Sequence record: PZ674596.1
Strand: one strand, 5' to 3'
Length of the DNA stretch: 64,000 bases
From: a phage
The notes under the pieces are model-generated. The model was not told the DNA's origin. It saw nothing but the letters and a program-made list of their open reading frames with translations, and made no database searches. Shown piece by piece: positions 57,444-64,000 of the stretch. Numbering within the stretch: the stretch's first letter is position 1; each line of letters begins with the position of its first letter. Both the position numbers and the translations under genes were made by a program.

Positions 57444-58010
57444 TTAATCATTCAATAATCTATATTTTCTTTTGATTAAATCTTCACCTTTTTTGGTGAA
57501 CACAAAACCAAATTGCGATTTTTTGTTTAGACGAAGGACTCTGTTATCCAACGCATCGGTTGATGGAATCAATGTTTGATCATCTATCCAATTAAGTAGC
57601 GTAAGAAAGTTCAGCAGCCTCAACGTTGTTGTGCGAAGCTCTTTCGATATATTTTCAATGCTGGCAATTCGTCTTTCTTTTTTCTCAGGTGGTACAGATA
57701 ATTGTTCTTGAGGTTTCGTGGATAGATAATCAATTTCGTTTGCTGCATCGAATGATATGTGTGGCGTAATTTTGCTAAAAAAGCCTTTCGCTGACTCACT
57801 TGATAATAAACCAGACCTATTCATATCGTTTGTTATTCTGTACAGGAGTGGACTGTGTTTCATTTCAGGATAACGTTGATAAAAGTTAAGCAATTCAAAA
57901 GCAGCATTAGCGCCAACAAGAAAATCAGAAGGATCGCTGACTTTCCAGAAAGAATGATTTTTCTTAGCGCCAGTGGTGTCAACAAATGATAATTCTTTTA
58001 ACCAACTCAT
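57444..58010 (-). CDS. hypothetical protein
   Basis: 188 aa from ATG 58010 with RBS AAGGAG; inverted repeat GATGTGCTC-N13-GAGCACATC overlaps the RBS. Confidence 0.45.
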   Translation of the reverse strand: MSWLKELSFVDTTGAKKNHSFWKVSDPSDFLVGANAAFELLNFYQRYPEMKHSPLLYRITNDMNRSGLLSSESAKGFFSKITPHISFDAANEIDYLSTKPQEQLSVPPEKKERRIASIENISKELRTTTLRLLNFLTLLNWIDDQTLIPSTDALDNRVLRLNKKSQFGFVFTKKGEDLIKRKYRLLND

Positions 58011-58075
58011 GATGTGCTCCTTTCTAACAAGTGAGCACATCATAGAATTAGTAGATAGGGGGTAAATATGAAATG

Positions 58076-58354
58076 TTACGGCAACCTGCTCAGTATTTCC
58101 TCTAAATCTTTTTTTGTCATATTGGAGTTTTCATAGATGCGCATGATTTTCTCACGCGTCTTAGCGGAAACCCCAACGGCAGATGTGACTTTGTCAAATT
58201 CAGCCATAGTCATCGTCTCCAGAATGGCATTGATAACTTCAGCCTTAGACATCTTGATTTTTTTCTCTTTGAGTTTTATTTGAAATTTTCCAAGTTTTTC
58301 ATTGGCCTTATCAGACAATGCCACTTGGCAATAAGTTGTTTTTTTTTCGCTCAT
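58076..58354 (-). CDS. small hypothetical protein
   Basis: 92 aa, Lys-rich; starts 2 nt after helicase stop. Confidence 0.4.
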   Translation of the reverse strand: MSEKKTTYCQVALSDKANEKLGKFQIKLKEKKIKMSKAEVINAILETMTMAEFDKVTSAVGVSAKTREKIMRIYENSNMTKKDLEEILSRLP

Positions 58355-58356
58355 AA

Positions 58357-59916
58357 CTAATCTCGTTTCAGAATTCCAAAATCGAATGCGCCATCAACAG
58401 GCAATACACCTTCCGCAAAGCCAGGTGTGGTGTCGATGATGTGTTTTCGCTCATAAGAGTGAGACAACAGGTATTTGTTGCTAGTGTCAATGAAATCAGT
58501 GATAAAACACACGTTTGCCTGATTCTTCTTGGCTCGTAAGCCACGACCGACACGCTGCCTCATTTCAACTTCTGCTTTCCCACCACCAGCCAGAATGACC
58601 GCACCAACGCTTGGCACATCAACACCGACATCCAGAATAGTCGAGCCTATTAAAACATCTATGTCGCCAGACGCTAAACTGTTCAGCTTTGCTTGCCTTG
58701 TCGACTGGTTCGATTCCCCATAAATGAAGTCAACTCTAAGGCCGGACTCTTTCATCATTTCCATCAGGATTTGCCCGTGGCGTTTAAGACGAACCAGAGT
58801 CATACAATTGAGAGAATGTTGCTTATAGAGCAATGCTTCGCGAACAATGGCCTCATTACGTCCCAAATTATACACGATCCCCAACTGATAAGCCTTTTGG
58901 TAGGCAGTGCTCATACCTACTCTAAAATTGAGGTATTTGTTGGCAAGTTCTGCCTTGATTCTGGCCTCGTCCGGCTTGTAGGCAACTTTATGATAAAGGA
59001 AGTATGGTTTTGCCAGAATGCCTCTATCAATCAGGTACTTTTCTGTGACTTTAATTTCAATTCGCCCGGCCACCGCCATCAGGCGCATGTTGGCTTCCGT
59101 CGAATCCTTCATGAACGGCGTGGCTGTAAGCGCCAGACGATAGTCTGCGTTCACACATAATCTGGCGATGTCATAGAAATTTGAGCCTGAAGACTCATGC
59201 GCCTCTTCCAGAATAAGAAGAGAGACACTTGAAAGGAAGCGTTTCACCAACTCCCGACGTTTGAGGTGGTAGCTTTTCTTATCTGGTGTTGCATCGCGTG
59301 GTGGTTCTTCGAGGAAACTTGCAAGAGTTTGAACTGTAGCGACGTTGATATGTCGTGATACCTGGAACTCACCCGAGCCAATGACTCCAACCTTTTGGTC
59401 CTTTAACCACGGTTCGCCATTTTCGGCGCGGTAGTCGATGGATCTCTGGAAGTTTTCGGCCATTTGAAACATCAGAACAGAGCGGGTTGTTAAAAATAAT
59501 GTCATTCGACCGATACGTGCAGCTGCTTTGCAGGCAACGTTAGATTTCCCACCACCAGTAGCGATCTGGGCAATCATCATTCCCTCGCGAACTAGTGTTT
59601 CCACAGCCTGATCCTGATATGCATAATCAGGATTGTATGGGAATGGGTTAACCGCCGGATTTGGCTTTCCAAGCGCCGGGGCTTTGTCTTTGCGGATATG
59701 AACACATTTGATGCCCGCCTTGTTCAAGTTCGCCGCTACAGGCTTGGCAAAGCCAGCAGGGAACGAGTTTTTACTCCAGTTGAACATCGTGCTTGTGCCC
59801 TTCCAGTCGCCAGTCTCGACTTCGTAGCTCAACATTTGCTGCACCAGTTGCTTTACCTTGTCATCTGCGCCAGAAATAAGCGCATTTACTGCGTTAGATA
59901 CAATCCGAACAGTCAT
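58357..59916 (-). CDS. SF2 helicase (UvsW-like, tentative)
   Basis: 519 aa; motif I ATGGGKS, motif II ILEEAHE, motif III TATP, motif VI QRVGRGLR; N-terminal region loosely resembles UvsW N-domain. Confidence 0.65.
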   Translation of the reverse strand: MTVRIVSNAVNALISGADDKVKQLVQQMLSYEVETGDWKGTSTMFNWSKNSFPAGFAKPVAANLNKAGIKCVHIRKDKAPALGKPNPAVNPFPYNPDYAYQDQAVETLVREGMMIAQIATGGGKSNVACKAAARIGRMTLFLTTRSVLMFQMAENFQRSIDYRAENGEPWLKDQKVGVIGSGEFQVSRHINVATVQTLASFLEEPPRDATPDKKSYHLKRRELVKRFLSSVSLLILEEAHESSGSNFYDIARLCVNADYRLALTATPFMKDSTEANMRLMAVAGRIEIKVTEKYLIDRGILAKPYFLYHKVAYKPDEARIKAELANKYLNFRVGMSTAYQKAYQLGIVYNLGRNEAIVREALLYKQHSLNCMTLVRLKRHGQILMEMMKESGLRVDFIYGESNQSTRQAKLNSLASGDIDVLIGSTILDVGVDVPSVGAVILAGGGKAEVEMRQRVGRGLRAKKNQANVCFITDFIDTSNKYLLSHSYERKHIIDTTPGFAEGVLPVDGAFDFGILKRD

Positions 59917-59998
59917 AAACCTCTTTCCTTAGTGCCTTTTGTATGTTATTTGGCTATTATAATAAGTAAGTGATTACTTAGTGGATTGTAGCAATAAA

Positions 59999-60679
59999 AT
60001 GGATGTAAAAATCACGATTTTGCAGGTTGATGTTGCCAACCTTCGCCCGAATACCTGGAACACCAATTCGGTTGGTGCGCAGAATTTTGAAAAACTGAAA
60101 GGTTCTATCGAAAAATTGGGCTTTTTTAAGCCAATTTTGGCTCGTGAACTTGAAGATGGATTTTTTGAAATCCTCGGCGGCGAACATCGCTGGCGTGCTG
60201 CTATTGAGCAAGGAATTTCAACGGTTCCGGTGCTTTCTGTGGGCAAAATTAGCGATGTCGTAGCTAAACAGATGTCACTGGTGGACAACGAGCGATACGG
60301 TGAAGACGACCAAATCGCATTGCAACGCTTCATTGAAGAAATTCAGTCAGAACTTGACTATCAACTGTCTGAAATCGCCCCGTATGACGACGAAATCTCG
60401 ATGGTTTTAGCAAAAGAGGCGGCAATCGACCTTGAAGCACTGGAGGCGTTGTCTCGTGGTAGTGATGAGCCTGTCGATACCGACAAACGAGAGAAAACCG
60501 AACGTGTGGGTGCGGAACATCAGACCATGCGCTTCAAAGTAACTTTCGATGCGTCAGATCGTGTTGCAGAAACCATAAAAAACATCATCAAAGAGCAGGC
60601 TATTAACACCGGTAATGAAATGGAGAACGCTGGTGAGGCTCTGGTGTGGCTGGTCGACTACTACAAGGAGCGTATGTAA
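59999..60679 (+). CDS. ParB N-terminal-domain (ParB/Srx-like) protein 1
   Basis: GGEHRWRAA ParB box-II-like motif; start uncertain (ATG 59999 or GTG 59981). Confidence 0.5.
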   Translation: MDVKITILQVDVANLRPNTWNTNSVGAQNFEKLKGSIEKLGFFKPILARELEDGFFEILGGEHRWRAAIEQGISTVPVLSVGKISDVVAKQMSLVDNERYGEDDQIALQRFIEEIQSELDYQLSEIAPYDDEISMVLAKEAAIDLEALEALSRGSDEPVDTDKREKTERVGAEHQTMRFKVTFDASDRVAETIKNIIKEQAINTGNEMENAGEALVWLVDYYKERM

Positions 60680-61347
60680 TGACCAAAAAGTTTGAAATCG
60701 TATATCGCGACCCGGCAGATCTTATTCCCTATGAGATGAATGCCAAAAAGCATGATGAACAGCAGATCCGAGATCTGGCCGCAGCCATTAAAAAGCGCGG
60801 ATTTGACCAGCCAATTACGGTCGATAAGAACGACGTAATTATTACTGGCCACGGCCGCCGTGAGGCTGCAATTTTTGCTGGACTTGAGCGCGTACCGGTT
60901 ATTGTTCGCGATGATCTCAGTGATGACGAGGTTCGTGCGAAGCGCCTTGAAGATAACCGACTTGCCAGCATTGATTACGATGCAATTAAGCTACAGAAAG
61001 AGCTTGAGTCGCTTGTTCTGGACGATATCGAGGTTTTCGGCTTTGAAGAGCGTGAGTTGAATGTTCTCGTTGGCAGTATGACAGAAGAAATGGACACCGA
61101 TTCGCTAGTTATCGATCTTGGCGAAGAAACTAAACGACAGAAGGATGAACACACCGAGATCAGTCGTGAAGTTGCAGCGGAAGAAGTACGTGTTGTCGAC
61201 GTATTGGGCTTTAAAACGCTCCCTGCTGGCTCTGCCATTGTTGTTGGTGATTTGCTTGCCCACATGGAAGAAATGACGGGAGAAAGCGGGGTAGACGCAT
61301 TTGTGGCATATGCGGAGAAGATCTCTTCCGGGGAGATGGCTGCATGA
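60679..61347 (+). CDS. ParB N-terminal-domain (ParB/Srx-like) protein 2
   Basis: 222 aa from ATG overlapping upstream stop; ITGHGRREAA motif; acidic C-terminal half. Confidence 0.5.
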   Translation: MTKKFEIVYRDPADLIPYEMNAKKHDEQQIRDLAAAIKKRGFDQPITVDKNDVIITGHGRREAAIFAGLERVPVIVRDDLSDDEVRAKRLEDNRLASIDYDAIKLQKELESLVLDDIEVFGFEERELNVLVGSMTEEMDTDSLVIDLGEETKRQKDEHTEISREVAAEEVRVVDVLGFKTLPAGSAIVVGDLLAHMEEMTGESGVDAFVAYAEKISSGEMAA

Positions 61348-62009
61348 GCAAATACATCATCAACGTATCGTTTCAGACACGCGTAAATAAAACCACGCGC
61401 ACGTTGGAAATCGCTGAGTCGTTCGGGCTTGGCCTGGACGAAAAAGAGTGGACGCTTTACGACAATCTGGAGCTGGAAGTGAAGCAGGGCGATGTGGTGT
61501 ACATCACCGGCCAATCCGGTTCTGGCAAATCCGTTGTGCTGCGCGAGTTGCAACGCCAGATGAAGGATGAAGGGCTTTCTGTAGCCTCCATCGATGATTT
61601 TACCTTCGATAATGAGGTTAACGTCATCGATCAGTTGGGCAAAACGACCAGTGATGCGCTTGGGTTGTTATCTATGGCTGGTCTGAACGATGCATATCTG
61701 TTTGTTCGCAAGCCTTCTGAAATGTCAGACGGCCAGAAATATCGTCTCAAGATTGCCAAACTGATTGAGTCAGGCGCTAAAGTGTGGGCTGCTGACGAGT
61801 TCGGCGCTGTTCTCGACCGTGTAACCGCTCAGGTTGTGGCGTCTAACCTCCAGCGTGCCGCTCGAAAGGTTGGTGCGACGGTAATGGTGGCGACGACTCA
61901 CGAAGACCTGAAGAACGCGCTGCGCCCGGATATGCAGATCACCAAGCACTACAAAGAACGCGTGAAGGTGGAATATCACAATGGTAGTCACGATGAGGTC
62001 CATTCATGA
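61344..62009 (+). CDS. soluble ABC-type ATPase
   Basis: 221 aa; Walker A GQSGSGKS, signature-like SDGQKYRL, Walker B VWAADEF, H-loop TTHED; no membrane domain. Confidence 0.55.
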   Translation: MSKYIINVSFQTRVNKTTRTLEIAESFGLGLDEKEWTLYDNLELEVKQGDVVYITGQSGSGKSVVLRELQRQMKDEGLSVASIDDFTFDNEVNVIDQLGKTTSDALGLLSMAGLNDAYLFVRKPSEMSDGQKYRLKIAKLIESGAKVWAADEFGAVLDRVTAQVVASNLQRAARKVGATVMVATTHEDLKNALRPDMQITKHYKERVKVEYHNGSHDEVHS

Positions 62010-62896
62010 CGGACATCATCATTAAACGCTACCGCCCTGAAGAGTTTCCGCGTCATCTGGACTTTCTGGAGCGAATGACTGTTACAAAGGGAACTGTAGA
62101 GGACTGGCACGCTCTTAAGTCGCTTCACTACAAAACAGACGGCAAACCTTTCGCGCCAACTTACTATCGCTGCGAACTTGATGACCGTCTGGTGGGCGTC
62201 GTGGTTATGGCTTACCCGAAACTACTGTTGGCACCTCGCCACCGCATGTTTCCTAAGTTGAAACCAACCACTAATACCACCGTGGCTAACCAGTACTGGG
62301 GTCGGTACGTGAATAACAACTTTGCGGTGATCAGTCGCTCAGTTGTGGATACTCAGTATCGTGGCGTAGGCGTCTCTTATCGAATGATTAACCTGGTTAG
62401 CAGGATGCATGACCGGCCAATCATTGAGATCCAGTCCTCGATGAGCAAATACAATCCCTTCGCCATGAAAGCAGGGTTTAAGTTCATCCGCCCTGAGCGA
62501 CCGAAGAGCTATGAAAGTGCACTGCGTGTATTCCAGCGCCATTTCCGTTCTGACCCGGGTAATAACGAGGCGATCGTCAAAGAGTTGTTCGCAATGAGCG
62601 AGTCTCGTCGTCGCCGTGCACTGCGTGATCTGGTGGCGGACTACCACAAGAACAGTTCCCTGGCAAAAGCTGGGCGGAATCGTGGCACGACGATTCAGGA
62701 CATTGCCGACAGTCTGGTGGACGAGGCCAGCATTGTGAAGCTGCTCAAGGACATTCACAACCTGAGCTTTACGTCTCCGTTGTATGGTGTGTACCGAAAC
62801 CCTGACTTTGGCCGTCGACTGCCTGACACGCTGCCACTGCTGGCATTCGACAAACAACCTTTGGATAAACCGTTAGAAATTGCTTTACCGGCATAA
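62006..62896 (+). CDS. hypothetical protein (possible GNAT-like fold)
   Basis: 296 aa; RSVVDTQYRGVGVSYRMINLV resembles acetyl-CoA-binding motif; overlaps ATPase stop. Confidence 0.4.
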   Translation: MTDIIIKRYRPEEFPRHLDFLERMTVTKGTVEDWHALKSLHYKTDGKPFAPTYYRCELDDRLVGVVVMAYPKLLLAPRHRMFPKLKPTTNTTVANQYWGRYVNNNFAVISRSVVDTQYRGVGVSYRMINLVSRMHDRPIIEIQSSMSKYNPFAMKAGFKFIRPERPKSYESALRVFQRHFRSDPGNNEAIVKELFAMSESRRRRALRDLVADYHKNSSLAKAGRNRGTTIQDIADSLVDEASIVKLLKDIHNLSFTSPLYGVYRNPDFGRRLPDTLPLLAFDKQPLDKPLEIALPA

Positions 62897-62905
62897 GGAT
62901 TTGCC

Positions 62906-63172
62906 ATGACGTTAACCGACAAACAAAAGGACATCATCAAAACGCTCAATCTCGGTTATGAGCGAGGTCATCTACTTGATCTGGACGAATTGCTTGAAGT
63001 TTTGCCGTACAAGACAACAAAGCAAAGTATCCAGTTCTCAATTCGCGCTCTGATAAAAAAGGGGCTGGTGGAGAAAGGGCATACGCGCCAACGCAGTGAC
63101 AATCGCTATCACCGCCGGACTCTTGGGTTAACCACTTTAGGTCGAGCCAAAGCGAAGTTACTGGTGATGTAA
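62906..63172 (+). CDS. small basic protein, possible winged-helix DNA-binding
   Basis: 88 aa; helix-turn-wing-like segment; last gene of operon. Confidence 0.4.
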   Translation: MTLTDKQKDIIKTLNLGYERGHLLDLDELLEVLPYKTTKQSIQFSIRALIKKGLVEKGHTRQRSDNRYHRRTLGLTTLGRAKAKLLVM

Positions 63173-63196
63173 TCGGTCTGGGAGCTTATTTAAAGA

Positions 63197-63251
63197 CCTG
63201 CTTCTGTATATATAAATAATAAGTAACTTATTAAATATATACGGAAGCAGG
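63197..63251. repeat. large AT-rich palindrome (copy 2 of 2)
   Basis: CCTGCTTCTGTATATATAAATAATAAGTAACTTATTAAATATATACGGAAGCAGG; centre is ATAAGT-A-ACTTAT. Confidence 0.7.
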
Positions 63252-63368
63252 CTTAGTAAGACATGCCCAGACCTAATTAAACACCCCAGAAAACAAGTTG
63301 GTTAGCATACGCAGTAAACAAGTTGTTTTAGAGCGCATGGACGCGCTCTGTGTGTTTTAGAGGGATCT

Positions 63369-64000
63369 ATGACGGTCGAAAAAGACGAGGTAAAAACTCG
63401 CCTGACACCAGCGGAGTGGGCCGAAGCTGAAGCCAAATGGACGTCAGGCGAATATACACTCTCAAAGCTGGAGGAAGAGTACGGCATTCGTCGTGAAACA
63501 CTCTCCAGACATTTCAAAAAGCGAGGATTAGAGAAAGGCGCGGACTCTGTTGGGAAGATGGTTCGTGAGTCTCTTAAATCTGACGCAGAGCTTCGCGCTA
63601 AAGCTCGTGCGGAAAAGATAGAAGAACGTCGTACACGTTATGACGGCTGGGCGTATGCGTTGGGGCAGATGGTGATGGTCGAAGTCACTACGGCCAAACG
63701 TGAGGGTAAGCCTTTAGGGGCGATTGAGGATTCTCTCAAGAGCTTACAGAGAGCCAGTAATACCCTTGCAAAATGCTTTGAAGTTTCGTCCAAAGCATTG
63801 GGCATGGATCATGCGGAAAATGACGAGGAAGAAATTCCGAACCTGGTATTTGGTGAGCTTACGCCTTCCCAGGTGGCGAAATTACGTCAGGAAGACGACG
63901 AGCCTGAAATCATCGATGACGAATTGCTTGAGACGTTGGAAGAAGAAGCTCTAAGCGAATTTGATGCGACAGATGATGGAAGTGAAGGGGAGGACGAATA
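63369..64000 (+). CDS. hypothetical protein, 3' end outside window (possible DNA-binding / terminase small subunit-like)
   Basis: Open frame from ATG 63369 to window end (not in ORF table); very acidic downstream part; preceded by AAACAAGTTGTTTT motifs. Confidence 0.4.
   Translation, partial: MTVEKDEVKTRLTPAEWAEAEAKWTSGEYTLSKLEEEYGIRRETLSRHFKKRGLEKGADSVGKMVRESLKSDAELRAKARAEKIEERRTRYDGWAYALGQMVMVEVTTAKREGKPLGAIEDSLKSLQRASNTLAKCFEVSSKALGMDHAENDEEEIPNLVFGELTPSQVAKLRQEDDEPEIIDDELLETLEEEALSEFDATDDGSEGEDE

Noticed and set aside
60975-61553. 192-aa minus-strand ORF
   Set aside because: Antisense to the ParB-like and ABC ATPase genes, whose motifs support the plus-strand frames.
1-64000. Integrase, transposase/IS, capsid/tail, lysis and rRNA genes
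   Set aside because: None recognised anywhere in the window; host-block boundaries show no IS-like inverted repeats.

Overview
The window reads as part of a phage-plasmid: a T4-like DNA replication, recombination and nucleotide-metabolism gene set sits beside a P1-type RepA iteron replicon, with no integrase, structural or lysis genes visible. This resembles the SSU5/pHCM2/pMT1 group, but that is from memory, not a search. Main plus-strand modules: CobT/CobS-like pair, DnaE-type polymerase, gp32-like SSB, flap endonuclease, RecA/UvsX-like recombinase, SbcCD-like nuclease, RuvC-like resolvase, NrdAB, ThyA, DHFR, DnaQ-like exonuclease, two N6-adenine methyltransferases, RNase HI and a SpoT-type HD hydrolase. 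Three things stand out. (1) An SOS-box-controlled humD (UmuD'-like) gene lies next to a ~3.4 kb block carrying host-type mrp/apbC and metG, flanked on both sides by phage-type regulatory motifs. (2) A low-GC, mostly minus-strand accessory island (~52.5-58 kb) carries an HNH-nuclease protein, a lipoprotein and small secreted or paired proteins, and is the best candidate for an undescribed defence or exclusion system. (3) A tightly coupled operon (59.98-63.17 kb) encodes two ParB-like proteins, a soluble ABC-type ATPase, a GNAT-like protein and a small winged-helix protein. Also notable are a G-depleted A/C-rich 0.75 kb tract, GGGAAA(A/C)GGCT repeat arrays and recurrent operator-like palindromes. 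No rRNA, tRNA or CRISPR array was recognised. All homology calls rest on motif recognition by eye and recalled family knowledge; hand-derived coordinates of repeats and hairpins may be off by 1-2 nt.
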